Shown here: one piece after another, positions 13,764-27,064 of the stretch | Position numbering within the stretch: position 1 is the first letter of the stretch | Layout of the letters: every line of letters begins with the position of its first letter | NCBI GenBank assembly: GCA_004431415.1 | Contig: QPMI01000417.1 | Coordinates: 185,554-249,553, forward strand | Direction of reading: 5' to 3' | Source of the DNA: Cyanophora paradoxa CCMP329 | Lineage: Eukaryota; Plantae; Glaucophyta | Length of the DNA: 64,000 nucleotides | Made by a program: the position numbers and the translations under genes | The notes under the pieces: generated by a model | Database searches by the model: none | What the model was told of the DNA's origin: nothing | What the model saw: the letters and a program-made list of their open reading frames with translations, nothing else

Positions 13764-14214
13764 CGCTGGGTGCCGAGTCACTGGCTTCTCACTGCCGACT
13801 TCGACTATGATGAATTCGAAGCCTTTAGCTTATCGAGCAGTTGCTCTGGACTGGCCTTGATGGCTCACCGTGTGGTCCGTGTCACAGAGTGACAGCTGCA
13901 CTGCTGCTGCAGGCGACAGGCCTAGCCCCTGTCACCGCCCTGAGATACGCACTAGTCTAAGGGACGGACTCCCGGACGCACTTTACAATCACGCGCACGG
14001 ATGCGCACTGGCGGCACTGCGCATGCAGCATTGCGCACTGCTCGAGCCGTCGTCGACAGTGCCACTGGGCCACATGCACTGCCACCGTGCAAGCGTGCAC
14101 CGTGGCACCTGCACGCTTGCACGCTTAGTAGCCTAGTAGAGCTGTGCCACGGTGGTCACTGCCGCCAGTCACTGAAAGTCACCGTGGCACCGCCAGTGGC
14201 ACGACTCACGAGTC

Positions 14215-14642
14215 CTCGTCGAACCGTTGAACTGGCGAGTCACTGGCGTCGAGTCGCCGACGAGCCTCGGAGTCGGCGACTCGACGCCGAGTCCGACGGC
14301 CGACCGTCGGACGGTCGACGGCGAGTCGGCGACTCGCGATCGTCGGCGAGTCCGGGCGAGGTCGAGTACTACTAGTCGACGACTCCCGTCGCGGCGAGGG
14401 CCGCGAGGCGCCGCCGCGCTGGCGAGTCAGTGGCGAGTCACTGGCGACTCGACGACTCCGAGGCTGTCCGAGCTCGTCGGACTCGACGGCGAGTCGACGC
14501 CGAGTCGCCGACTCGTCGACGGCGCTCGACGCCGACTCGACGTCGACGACTCGACGCCGAGTCGCCGACTCGACGGCGACCGTCGGACTCTCGTAGGCGA
14601 GTCGACGTCGACGTCGGCGACTCGGCGTCGAATCGCCGTCGA
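14215..14642. repeat. Self-complementary mosaic repeat of GTCGAC/GAGTCG/CGACTC words
   Basis: GACGCCGAGTCGCCGACTC and its reverse complement recur; both strands translate to near-identical RRRVDAESPTRRR-type peptides. Confidence 0.8.
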
Positions 14643-15860
14643 TACATTCATCCCCACAGGAGTTAAAAAAAAAGTAGTTCAACGGTTCGAATCTGAGGGA
14701 ACTTCGATCTTCGATTGAAAAATAATTGGATTTGAACCGAGCAAAAACCGATTCAGCCCCACACTGGGCCCACAGTTCCTAAAAAACAACACGATTCATT
14801 CGACATTCGAAAATTCTGCGGTTGTGGGAACGAAACGTTATTAGAGAGGGAAGTGCCCGGATTCCGGAACTGGCAGCCAGTGGCGGGCACTGGCAGCCAG
14901 TCACGCGCGTTCGCTGCCAGTCGCACGCGCAGTCTGCAGAGTCATTGGCGACTCCGCCGCGGCGCGCACTGCGGGCCTAGGCCTGCGGCACAGCGGCCCG
15001 CTTCTGCACTCCGGAGTCCGGATCCCTTTCGAAATTTGAGCAATTAATATTCAAATTCAATGATTTGAGTTTCGACATTTCGAACCTCCGTCAGACGGTT
15101 CGACATTCGAAATGTCGGTATGCATTTTTATTGTCCGACGTCGACATGTCGGAAATTAAATATTCATTACACACTTCTCGCCCCCTCCCGGAGTCCGGAG
15201 CCCCCACCCTAAAACCCATGTGGTCTCCTAATTATATAAGGTGGGGAAGGTGTTCGAATTCTGACATTCTTAAAATAACTTCCTGGAGCACCAGAAGCCT
15301 TAAAATATAAGTTATAAGCTGTAATTAGCCTGTAAAACCTCGGGCAGTGGCAGGCACTGGCAGGCAGTGGCAGGCTGGCAGCAGGGCCCAGGCTACTCAG
15401 TGACTAGGGGTGGGCGTACCCCAGTCAGTGCCTCCCCCCCCCTCCCCCTCCTCCCTGGCACCCCACTCAGTGGCGCCAGTGGGAGGGGGGTACCTGTGAT
15501 TCTGAAGCAAAAAAACGACCTAAACTAAGCGAAAAAGCGCCGAGCTTCTAGGCGCTTCGCGCCTTCACCGAGGAAATTAAAGTGCAAGTCCGACCCTTCT
15601 GTAACTAATCAGCCTTGAAGGGTTTTCGACTCCGCCGATGCGAAAACCGCACCGAAAATGGAGAAGATCGGCTCAGAAAAGCGGAAATCCGCACATCAAC
15701 CTCGGGCCGGGTCGATCTGACGACAAGAGCCTACCCCCACCCCCGCGATTTTCCGTCGTTTGTATGCCACTGGCATGTTGGACTCGGATCCGGACTCGGC
15801 GAACTTTTTCACACCGTGCACGTGACAAGTTACTGAAAACATGTACGTATACAAAACTAC

Positions 15861-15910
15861 TCAATTATGACATAATTACAGCTAATCAATTATGACATAA
15901 TTACAGCTAA
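15861..15910. repeat. Perfect 25-bp tandem duplication
   Basis: TCAATTATGACATAATTACAGCTAA occurs twice in tandem. Confidence 0.9.
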
Positions 15911-16535
15911 CTATATGCACGCTCCCGATCGCGAGATCTATAGCTAGATCTAGATCCATATGTAGGTGACTGATTCACCGTGACTCTAGAATATAGACTC
16001 TAGATCTAGACTCTAGACACTGACGTCGACACACTGTGGCCAGTAATTTACCTGAATAAATAGTTTCGTAGCGAAAGGCGAGAATCCTATCCAATAAGCT
16101 ACGTAGACGGAACGTCTCATGATCAGACTCCCAGACCACCTCGGCTCCGGAATCCGGATAAGTACGTATATCCTGTACATGTACTTGTCATGTAGCAGCA
16201 GGCCGATCCACAATGATTCCACACCCCATGAGTCGGGGGCCATGACTATCCATGAACATGCTTTATGATCATAATGTGAACTGCATTGCACATGAATACA
16301 GCACAACTGCAAACTTTAATTTGAATTAAGAGAATTGGCGTATGTTCAACATTGCAAATCGCAGCAACAATTACAATGCTAAAAACTCCTGGCTATAGCG
16401 AGCCTAAGCGTTGATGGTGATGAAGAGACTAATTTAAGCCTACATCTAGATTATCTACTATTATCTACTATTATCTAGGCCACCTACCATCCCACTGGGC
16501 AAGCCTGTCCGTACAGGCCCTATTATAAGGGGCGG

Positions 16536-19500
16536 CTACGGGCCTGCGGCTACGCCAGCTGTGGTGGGGAGGGAAGGCGATGGCCATGGTGGGGGGCGGG
16601 CGGGCGCAGGAAAATTGCAAGTGAGCCTTACGATTGCGATGTCCGCGGGACGGGACGGGGCGGGACGGGACGGGACGGACGCACGGCGGCGAGGGCGGCG
16701 AGGTCGACGCTCAGGAGGCGGGTCGGATCCCGCGCAACCAGCAGGAACCGGGTGACCACTGGGGAGAGTAATTATAATTACATATATAAAGGGAAGGAAA
16801 GGCCTAAGGCAGCTCGCAGCTGCAGCCGCAACGGATCCCCCGGAAGGGCCCGGCATCGTGCTGGCTATAAATAGCTATAGGGCCGGGAGGGACGCCGACG
16901 AGAGGCCTAGGCCATATAGGGGGTCACCGTACCGTGCTCGGGGTCTGGGGCGACATACGCGAAGCCGTTCCCGACCTGTCGGCGTCCCGGCAGGGTCGAA
17001 GTTTTTAAATTCAGAGGAACGATATATATGATGGAGAGGTCAGGTCCTCGAAACTCCGCGCAGTAAGCGGGCACCTTCGCGACGCGAGGGTGCTTGATTA
17101 CTGCGCGGATTTCGAAGACGAAGGTCAGCCCACACGAAAGGAAGAAAGATAGAAAGAAGCAAGGTGCAAGCTCCAGCTTTCATGAGCAGCTTTCATTAAG
17201 CTTAGGGAGGGCGCCTAGGCCTCCTTGAGCAAACACTGGAGGAAAGCTTAAGAGGGGTCCAAATAATTTGGAGGGGGCGCGCGCGCCTTCGCAGACGGCC
17301 ATGCAGGTCACCGGCCCGCCGAAGCCGTGCGCGCTGTTGGGCCACCCCGCCGGGCCCCCCACCGCCGCCTGGCAGTACCTGGGAGCGTGCATGTGAGCGC
17401 TACAGCTACCTACGCATTTAAATTTCAAGCTTAGAATTAAGCTCGATCGAGCTCGGGACCGGGATCCCCGACGACACGCCCAGGAAGTTTTAAGGTGAAA
17501 GGGCAGGGGAGAGCACTAGGCGTGCCCGCCGAGGCGGGCGGTGTCCCCTCTAGCCGTCCCGGAGAGCGCCGCCGCCGATAGAAGGTGTCGTCCTAAGATA
17601 GAAGGCCGCCGCTCCGCCCAGGAGCCCGCCTCGCGCTACGCCTCGCGTCCTCAGTGACCGCCACCCCCAAAGGGCCTAAATCCTTATCTCCGCGAGCTCG
17701 GGAGCGGGACGCACGCCAAGGAAGTGCGGGCGTCGAGGCCCAGGTAGATGCCGCTCCCTGTGTCGCAGTTAATATTCGTGACCAGGAAAGCGTGAATGAA
17801 TTCGAATTCGAATGCCCGCGGTCATGGCCATTAATCGCAAGCTTCTTTACCGCACGCGGCGCCAACGCTCGATAAAAACGAGTGTCGCCGAAAAGCTTCA
17901 GCTTCAGCTTACGCTTCAGCTTATAATTATTCACCGTACGCGGCGCCGACGGCCTGCATTGCTGTGCCGGAGCAGTTGAGGAGGCCGCGGCGGAGGATCC
18001 CGTGCCAGTTGCACGCCGGCGACCCGTGGAACGCGAACCTGCGCGGGTGCGGTAATGTTGGCGTTCAACTAGCAGCTTATAAGTTGCGCTGCAGCCAGCT
18101 GCAGTACTTAGTACTATCCAGCGCACATGGAGCCGTGGGCGGTGCGGAGGCGGCGGAAGCGCGCCTCCTTTTCGGGGCCGCTCGAGCGCATGTGGAACAC
18201 CTGCGCGCGCGGCGCGATCACATTAAACAGCGGCTTTAGAAACAGAGGTGAAAATGTGTGGCGCGCAGTAAATATCGCAGTGAATAGCGGCTTCAGGGGC
18301 CATATGACGTGGTTCTACTCATGATCAGGCAGTAAACAGCGGCTTCAGAAGCCATAGATACGGAGTGCTGCTAATATAATTAGCGCGAAGGACTAGTATT
18401 CTTAATTTGGAGCGCGGAGGGCATCGGAGCGCAAGCGGCGCGCAATATCAATGGCATTAACATCGGCCGCGGAATCAAATTCGGCTCACTCGAATGGAGG
18501 GCGGGGCTTCGGCCGCGTCCTCTTTCTTCCCCGCCTCCCCCTTCCTTTCCGTAGGGGCAGGCGGGGCCGGCGGAGCCGGCGGGGCTGGCGGGGCGGGGCA
18601 GGCGCGGGCCGCCGCCTCGGGGTCCAGCTCAACCAGGTGCGCCCTGCAGGCACAAATTAGGTCCAGCTGAATTAGGCACGAACTCCCAGCTTGTCGATTA
18701 TAGTTAGCTTGATGGCAAGCCAACCCGCAATTAAGATACATTGGTACTATCATTATATATTAGCTTGTCTTTGTCCTTTGGTCAATCAATCAATTAGCGC
18801 TTCATTAATTGCTAAAAATCAATTAGGCACAAAATGCCACCTTATCGATCATCTTTATAAGTATCGCAAAACAACCGCAATTAAATTAATTGGACCTCTC
18901 ATTGTTTGTCACGAGCGTTTTTTTAATTTGCATTGGTTCCGGCATGAGCGTGTTTTCCGGCTAGTGATGATGACCGGACGAGCGTGAGAGCGTGTTTTCC
19001 TTGTCCTTTGGTTTGAAGGCCCGGCTATAGCTCAGCGGAGAGCCGCACCGTGTGGTGCAGAGGATCCAGCGGACGAGGCCGTAGGCGAGGGGGTCCCCCG
19101 CTGCCGCCATCCCCGCCCGGAGGCCCGGGCAGGGGCCGGGCGGGCCCCCCGAGCCCGCGCCCAGGCCCAGGCCCAGGGCCTCCCGCATGCGGGGCAGGGG
19201 CGGCACCGCCTCCAGCACACGCCGCACCTGCGGACCGCATCCGAGACTTCCAATTTGAGCGAGCCAAGCTAATTATAATATATAAGAGATATATTGTTTG
19301 GGCCCTCGAGGTCGGCGGACGCACCCCGTCAAAGTCACTGAACTGCGCAATATTGATAAGCATTCGAATTCGATGACTTCACGATCAGAGGGCCGCCCAT
19401 GGGCGCGGGCCGGGGCCGCGGGCACCGAGGGGGGGAGGGGGTTGAAGACCAGATGCCGCCTCGCCCTGCGACAAGAAACTATTGGATCACCCCCCCCCCC

Positions 19501-22500
19501 CCCCCCCCCCCTTGCCTTTCACCCCTACCCCTACCCCTGGGCGTGGAGGGCGCACGAGGGGTACAGGGCGACGTAGGCGAGGGAGAGGAGGAGGTCGACG
19601 ACGACGGGGCACGAGGCGATCTGCGCGCGAGCTCGAGGCGATCGTAAGGCAATTGTAAGGCAAGCGGGATTCGAAGGAGCCCCCCCGTCCGCCCGCTCGC
19701 GACGGGGCGTTAACGTTTTAACGCTGCGAGCTTGCGCGTGCGCACCTCAGATTCGACTCTCGATCCGACGCCGAGCTGCGCACGCGCGCGTCAACGCCGG
19801 CTCCGGTTAAAGTTGGTTTGAAGCTGAAGAGGAGGCGACTCGAGTTCGAATTCGGGGCGGGGGTACGCGTGCGTGCCTCCTGGTACCGGAGGGTGCAGAG
19901 CTCCCTGGGGCAGGCCGCCGGGCGCAGGCCTGCGGGGGTACACGGCTCCTCAGACGCGAAGACGCGAAGATCTAGACCTATAAATTATTATTGATCATGA
20001 TCGACAGGGGCGTGAGTTTCGCCTCACAATGGTAGGGGCAAGCCCACTAACTAGATAAAAAATCCTTACTATTTAAGAGCTTCTCCTCACGATTCATAAT
20101 TAAGAGCCCTGTAAGCTTAAGGGCGCATGCGCACCCTCGCGGAACTCGTGGGGGGCGTCGCAGGAGACGCAGCGCCCCGTCAGCGACGCCGCCGACCCCA
20201 GGCGCAGCTGCGCATGCGCGTTTCATTGTAATAAATCAGATCTAGATGCTAGAGCGAGCACTAGAAAGACGGAAGGGCTCGCCTGCATATAGGCGGCGAG
20301 CTGCGCCACGGGGGAGTGCGCCGCCTCCAGCTGCGATCGCGAGTACGGAGCTCAGTGCGGCGCCGGCCTCGGGATCAAAGAGAACGAGAAGTGATACGCG
20401 CGCCTGGGGCGGGAGCGGCGGCCTCGGCTCGAAGCTGTCCTCTTCCTCGCCCGTCGACGTCCCCGCGTCACCCTGGGGGCCAGATGGCATGGATATATAG
20501 ATCAGATATAGATTTATATAGGAGGCACAAAAGTCAGGTGCGGCGCGTGGACCTGGCGGGACAGGGAGGCGGCCTGGGGAAAGAGCATGAGGGCATAAAA
20601 GCGCAATGATAAAACCTTAAGCGAGAAGCCTCATCCAGGAGCCTCATCCATATTTACCTGGAGGAAGAGCGCGGCGTGCCCTGGCGGCTGCAGCTGCTGC
20701 CTCGCGTCGGTGCGGCCGGCCGCGCGGATCAGCGACCGCAGCGCCTCGGCCGGGTGCATGCTCTGCGCGGACTGAGAATTCTTGCAGTCGGGTCAAATAG
20801 ATTCGAATCGGACCTGCTCGTCCACGAGCCGCCCGAGGGCCCTCCCGAACGATTCAGCGGAGATGAGCGCGGGCCGGCGACCGCGATCGGGCGGCTCGCG
20901 GGCAGGGCAAGCCGGGGCGGCGCCGGCGCGGGCCCGAGCGGCCATGCCACCCCAGTGGCGCTCCACGAACTGGCGCAGGATTTCGCCCAGCTGGAAGCAT
21001 GGGCCCAGCTGCCTGGCGCCCTGCACGCGCCGCGCCGCGCCGCGCCCCCGCCGGCTCATGATCAGCCGCGATCGCGAGCCGCGACGTCCGCGCGTACGCA
21101 CGCACCGACTGGGTGACTGTCACGCTGACCGAGGGCGGGGTCTCGGCGTCCGTCGCCAGGCCCGACACTCGGAATCGAACGGGCTCTGCTCGGAGTAGCT
21201 TAGGGAGGGGCCGTATATACGTAGGCTTAGGCTTTAGCAGCCGCGGTGCACCGGGACCGAGGCCAATGCACGCGGCGAGAGCGGGATCGTCGATCGGCGG
21301 CGGCGCGGCCTCGAACCTGCGGCGCGCGGAGTCGGAGTCGCATTAGGACGACCGCGCTCATGATCAGTTTCGCAAGATTACGCGCACGAGACAGAGAGGT
21401 GCCCGCAGTCGGCGGTGACGCGTGCGTGCGGGAGGACCTAAAGAGGCCGTGAAGGGAAGAAATCGATCGATATTTAGAGCATCGGAAGCTCGGGCCCGGC
21501 GGATCAAGACGGAGAATTTGAAGCTCCAAGATTTATTTAACTTGAAGCGCGGGCGCACCTGGCGGGCGGCGGCGGCCCAGGAGCAGAGGGCGCAGCCTGC
21601 GCCGGGGCACTGGTACTGCCCCGCGAAGAAGTCGTCCGCCCCGGCGTCGACGTCGGCCTCTGCCTCGGCCTGACGAGATTGTAGGTGAGAAATTAATTGA
21701 CAGATTGTAGGTGAAAAACGTCGGCGCCGGCCTCGTGATCGCGCAGCGCGGGCGACGATCGCGGGCCGCCAACCTTCTCCTCCTCCGGATCCTCCTCCTC
21801 ACTGCCGTCAACGTCGACTTCGCCTTCCCTGCAGGAGCTCGAGCCGCCGGGCCGCCCGGGCTCGTGGATGTGATCGGGCGCCGGCGCCTGCGCCGGCGCC
21901 GGCGGCGGAGACTGCGAGCTCGGGCAGACGCTGCGGAGCGGGCGGCCTAGGCCTCGCGATCGTCCTCCCCGCGCCGATCCGCAGCCGGACTGCGGCGGCG
22001 GCGGAGGGCCGTCCGGCGACTTGCGTTTCCCTGCCGACAGGCCAAGAGCGCCCGTCGCTGCACGTAAGGCCACGTCAGATCTAGAGGCAACGTGGCAGGG
22101 CCGGGGGAACACGAATTCGAAGAATTCGAGTGCGGACCCGCGGCCGAGAGCAGCGCGTCGACTGCGAAGCATGCGGCGTCGGCGGGAGACCGGAATTCGA
22201 AGCCCGCGTCCAGCGCACTTCGCTGAATTGCTTCGTTTGCGGCTTCGATGGCCTGCGCATGCGGGCAGCGGTTCGGCGCGGGGACAGGACGGGACGGGGG
22301 CGGGACGGCGGGCGGGGTCAGTCTAGATCTCGCACGGCGGCGAACGGCCCGTCGACTTCGTCGCTCGCGAGCATGGGCGGCGCGCCGTGCGGCAGGAGCA
22401 GCAGCACGCGCGCGGCGGACGAAGTGAGGCGGAAGGACACTGCGCCGTCCTCCTCTCCCCGCACGTCTGAACGCCAATTAGATTTGAATGCGGCGGCGGC

Positions 22501-23118
22501 GGCGGCGCAGCAGAGCTTACGAGCGAACCTGTTACGAGGCCAGCAGCGTACTGCGCGTGCTTCCGAAGGGCGCGGATCGGGCCGAGCTGCAGCTGGCTAC
22601 AGGCATCGCGCTGCGATTGCTGTGGTGTGGCTAGCGCTGCGTGTGCGATCGGCCGAGCTCCCGGGGCGGGCGGAAAGCTTGCGTTCTTATACCGCACCTG
22701 AAAGGAAGCATTCCACCGAGTCGCAAGCCGAGACGGGCCCAGCGGCAGCGCTAGCGCGCGTCTGGATCAAGAGGTTGGCCCGCTCGACGGCAGCCTCGAG
22801 CGCCTGCTCGGGCGGCGCTCGGTGCGCGCGGAAGTTTGTGAATCTCATTCAAGGCTCACCTCCTTCTCCTCACTGCTCCTCATCTCCGCTTCATCGCCGC
22901 TCGGGTGATCAATGGACAAGCTCGGCGGGTCAAGCAGGGAGAGGCTGAGTCGCGCCGGGCCTGATGCGAAGGTGCAGAGCCCCTCGGACTCGAGCCTGAA
23001 GCCTGCGCGCGCCCCAGGAACGATCGGCGAGCTCGAGGGAAGCGGGCACTGGCCGGAGCGCACGGGAGAGGGTCGGGTGGCCGTCGAAGCGCTTCCTGAG
23101 CGCGCGAACGTGTTCCAT
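16536..23118 (-). CDS. PARP6/PARP8-like mono-ADP-ribosyltransferase (many introns; 3' end uncertain)
   Basis: Spliced exons in the family order: GRCVSCDAPHE, LRPAACPRELC, VVDLLLSLAY, DPLAYGLVRWILCTTR|AHLVEL, VFHMRSSGPEKEARF, FAFHGSPACNWHGILRRGL, GSGIYLG..RTSLA|Y, TCMAVCE|VI, FAYVAPDPEH. ATG at 23118 (MEHVRALRKRF). Confidence 0.85.
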
Positions 23119-23233
23119 CGGCCGCACACCAGCGCCTACACGGCGGGCCGCTGCTTTCGGCTGCTGCAGCCGCAGTGCAGCCGCACTGCAGCGCGCTCCC
23201 CGGGTACTAGAATTTATAATTGCGAAAGCAGCG

Positions 23234-24135
23234 ATGGCCTCGAGCTCTGGCGCGAACCTGCACGCGAGCGGCGAGAAGTGGCAGGCGCTGTCGCTGAAGC
23301 TCCACGCCGCGAAGGCCGCGAAGAAGGCGAGGTGCGACGCTCGCCTGCCGTTTCCCCCCGGCTTAAACCGGCGCGCGTACGCGATAGAGCAGCGCTAGAA
23401 CGCTCGAAAGCAAGTGATGTGCGTCGCGCTCCGATCTCATGAGTCCGGTCACAGCTTCGAGGCCCTCGCTGCCGCCGTCGGACGTTCTGAAGTGTGGGTC
23501 GCCGCCGTATTCTATGGCCAGGTGCGTCCCGCGGCTAGCGAGCTCCGGCGTTCCGCGCCGCTCCCCGAATGCATCATTGCCGCATACGCATGCATGTGCA
23601 TGTGATGCCAGCGCTGCTTCGCTGCTGACGACAGCCGCGCAGGCGATGCCTACGGACGAGGAGGCGAAGAAGCTCGCGGACGCGCTGGGAGTGCAGCTCA
23701 CGCCCGAGGAGCACGCCCTCCTGACCGCCTTCCCGGCCCGCGCGGAGCTCGTGCCCGGCATCCCCTCCGACCCGCTGATCTACCGCCTCTACGAGATCAT
23801 CAAGGTCTATGGGTACCCTCTCAAGGTGCGGAATCGAACGCGCACCAGCGTTCTGGGCGCTCCGGGACTCCTGCCTCTTCGCATTTGATCTGCTGCCGTG
23901 CTCACCGGCGCCGGGCGCGCAGTCGATCATCCTGGAGAAGTTCGGCGACGGGATCATGTCTGCGATCGATTTCAATGCTTCCGTGGAGAAGGTCCCGAAC
24001 CCCGCCGGCGACCGCGTCCGGGTACGCCTTTCTTGATTTGAACTCTTGATCGCCCTCGGTCCCTCCGCATGCGGCTGACTCTGGATTCGCCAGCTCACGC
24101 TCGAGGGCAAGTTCCTCCCTTTCAAGAAGTGGTGA
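23234..24135 (+). CDS. CYN: Cyanate hydratase (cyanase), 5 exons
   Basis: Spliced product ...[23 protein letters not shown]|AMP...[21 protein letters not shown]|[17 protein letters not shown]...GDRVR|[13 protein letters not shown] carries the diagnostic cyanase motifs. Confidence 0.97.
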
Positions 24136-24258
24136 CGCGTTTCGAGCGCTAGCCTGTGTACGCTGTACCCTAGCTAGTTTCTTTAGTCTGAGAGTGTAAT
24201 TGAGTTTTTGGACTATACACGACGTACGCGCACACACGCGCGGCGCCGGCTTCGCTGG

Positions 24259-26077
24259 CTAGCGGACGTTCATGCCGCCCATGCGGCGCTGCAGCTCCGC
24301 CTCCTCCGCCGCCGCCTGCCGCTCCGCCCGCAGCGCCGCCGCCCGCTCCACCGCCGCCTGCTTCTTGGCCGCGTACGCCTGTACCCCCCTCAGCGGCGGA
24401 CGGGGGCGGGGGGGGAGGGGGGGAAGAGAAAGGGGGGAGCAGCACGCCTGCGCCTCGGACTGGGGCGGGGCCGCCGCGGGGGCGGCGCGCGGTGGTGGCC
24501 CCCCGATGGCCGGCCGAGCCGGGGCGGCCCCCAGCGAGGGCCGAGCCTCCGAAGGCTCCGAGTCCCGCTTCCTGCGGGCGGGGCCGGCGTACCCGTCGGG
24601 AGACGGACGGCATACCCCGGCAGGGAGGGCGGGGGGTGGGGTACCTGTGGAGCAGCTCGAGGGGGCTTCGGCCCTTGGCGGCGACCTCGATGCGCGCGGA
24701 GGAAGCAGAGGAGGAGGAGGCGCCCGAGGGGCCCGCGGAGGGCCCGCCCGCGATGCGTGCTGCGGCGGCCCGCGTCGAGAAGCGGTGGGGGGGGGGGGGG
24801 GGGGGGGAAGCGCGGGGGGGGGTACGGGACCGAACGGACCGCGCGGGGGACCGCCCTCGAGCTGGGGGGCGAGGGAGCCGGAGTACGCTATCATCTCGCG
24901 GTCGATGCCGTCGGCCAGCGCGCTGTAGTCTGTCACCCCTCCAACCGCCTGCCCGGGGGTACGTCATTGCGAGAAAGCGAGTGTAGAGAGGGGTACCGCA
25001 TACCGCGTAGAGAGCGCCTCCGCCGGCGAGGTTGTCGACGGGGCGCCCCGCCGCCCGCCGCTCCGCCGCCTGGCGGGGTGGGGCTCGGCGGGGTACAGGA
25101 TTACGTGATTCGGGGGGGGTACCTTCTCGAAGACGGTTTTGTGGTCGCCCCACGGGCGCCCGCAACTGCAGACGAAGGAGCTGGAGAACGAAGCGCAGGC
25201 GCACTGCGCGGGGGTACGTCGTCAGGACGCACGAGGGGTACGCGGGCGCGCGGGGTCCACGTGCGCACTTTCGTGCACTGCTTCCGGCCGGTCGGGCGGT
25301 GCGCGTCTGCCGCGGGGGTACCGGCTGAGCGGGGTACAGAGTGAAGATGGGAAGAAGGGCGGGGTACCGTGGTCGTGCTTGCAGTTGCACTTCACGGCCC
25401 ACGTGCCGTGGCTGGGAAGATATCTGAGAGGGAAAGGCCGTGAGGCGCCGCGGAAAGACCCCCGGGGCGGAACAGGGGCCGCGGTGGCGGCGGCAGCAGC
25501 AGTAGCGGCAAGGCGGCGCACTCGAACTGGCCGCACTTGCAGCCCGCGGCGCGGCAGCGAACAAAGTCTGCCGCGTCCGTGTCGTGCTCCTGCGTCGAGT
25601 TCGAAGCCGCTCGCGCACCCGGAGCGGCGCGACCGGCTCTCTACCTTGTAGCGGTGGTCGCAGAAGCACTTGGTGGAGGGCCCCACGTTCTTGCAGTCGA
25701 TGCCGCTCGACACGCAGCGCCAGGAGACGTACCAGCGGTCCGCGCGCTTCGCGGCCACGTCCCGCTTGAACGCTGCAGGAAGGGCGTGCTCGTGAGCTCG
25801 CAGGTGAGCGCTGGACCCGCAGGCGAGGGAATGCCGCAGGCCGAGGGAAGGCTCCTTCGGCAGACCAGGCGTTTCACGCGCTTTGCGCATGCGAGAGGCT
25901 CACCTTCGTACTCTTCCGGCGTGAAGGTCTTCCCGCCGTCCGCTGCTCGTACGCGTGGCGTGAGTCGCTGACGGGGCGAGAGCTGCAGGGGCGGGAGCTA
26001 CCGTTCCCAACGATCCTGTCGTACTCTATGTACGCGTCCACCGCACGAGCCGCGTCGGCGGTGAGGCGTAGCGCCAT
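24259..26077 (-). CDS. FAM221A: FAM221A-like (DUF4475) Cys/His-rich protein (spliced)
   Basis: MALRLTADAARAVDAYIEYDRIV|..GGKTFTPEEYE|..DRWYVSWR..GIDCKNVGPSTKCFCDHRYK..CNCKH..CSCG..DHKTVFE..TDYSALADG follows the FAM221A motif series. Confidence 0.88.
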
Positions 26078-27064
26078 TGAGCGCTCAGGTGCTGCTGAAG
26101 TTGCTGAAGTGGTTGCTTGCTTGCTAAAGCTAACGCTGACGTCGAGGAGCGCCTGGATCGCGCTGCTGCGCTCAATCCTAACACCGCTGCGGCGACTCTC
26201 TCCCCCGCCCGCAAAGTGCACCGTACCCGGCTGCGACTTCACCCCTCCAAAAAGCCGCGAACGAAGTGCACCGTACCCGGCCCAGCCTGTAACGTTTTTT
26301 TCTTTCGCCAATCAGTTTCATCTCTTCTTTCGGCCAACCACCGTCGAAAATGTATTGAAAAAAACGCGGAAGCTCGCATCAGCAGTGGATGCTCTGGTCC
26401 TGCGGGGGGGCCGGGTAGCCCGGGTACCGGTAGTCTAGCCTCTCGCCCCTGTACTATAGCTAGGCTAGCTACAGAAGCCTCCAATGGCCCCTCCATCCGG
26501 AGCGGCGGCCCCGGCGGGCGAGGCTGCGGCGCCGGCGCGCAGAGCCGGAGCAGCCTGGCAGCTCGACTCGGCGAACGGTCTCGCCGAGTCGACCGCTGCG
26601 ACTCTAGCCTGCGAGCTCGAGGTGCACGTGCGCGGCGGTGCGCCCGGCCCGGGGGAGCAGCCTTGCAAGTTGCAATTGCGCTTCCGATTCCTTGCTATAG
26701 CGAGCACAACGTACTAGTATACTAGCCTTCCGCAGCCTTCGGCTCGACAACTGCGAATTCGCAGCCTTCGCAGCCGCGGCCGCACGCGTAATATAATTAT
26801 ATAACGCCTCATCTGGACCGCTGCAGCTGCAGCTGGCACAGCCTTGCTCTTTCAATTTGTGCATTCGCAGATCGCGCTACTTAGATCTCCCAGCCCGCTG
26901 AATGCTGTTCAAGAGCTATAGCTAGCTATACTACCGACCAGCAGGTGTCGCATTGATGTCACAGTGAAGCTCTGTATCTCCGATTGCAGCTCGCTAAAGC
27001 TAGCTATAATTATAGCCCAGAGAATTCGAAAGCGGCCTCCGCTTTCTGCATCCGACCTATATAC

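Noticed and set aside
14206-14718. ORFs on both strands in the palindromic repeat
   Set aside because: Stop-free by composition; the peptides simply mirror the repeat.
14655-15498. MITE bounded by CACAGG...CCTGTG
   Set aside because: Only a 6-bp inverted match and no target-site duplication.
18222-18350. Three AAYAGCGGCTTYAG copies
   Set aside because: They lie inside a PARP intron with irregular spacing; no evidence of function.
24170-25669. Long Arg/Pro/Gly-rich ORFs here and antisense ORFs across the GC-rich viral genes (e.g. 50094-51431, 59023-60267)
   Set aside because: Shadow ORFs caused by high GC and codon bias of real genes in other frames.
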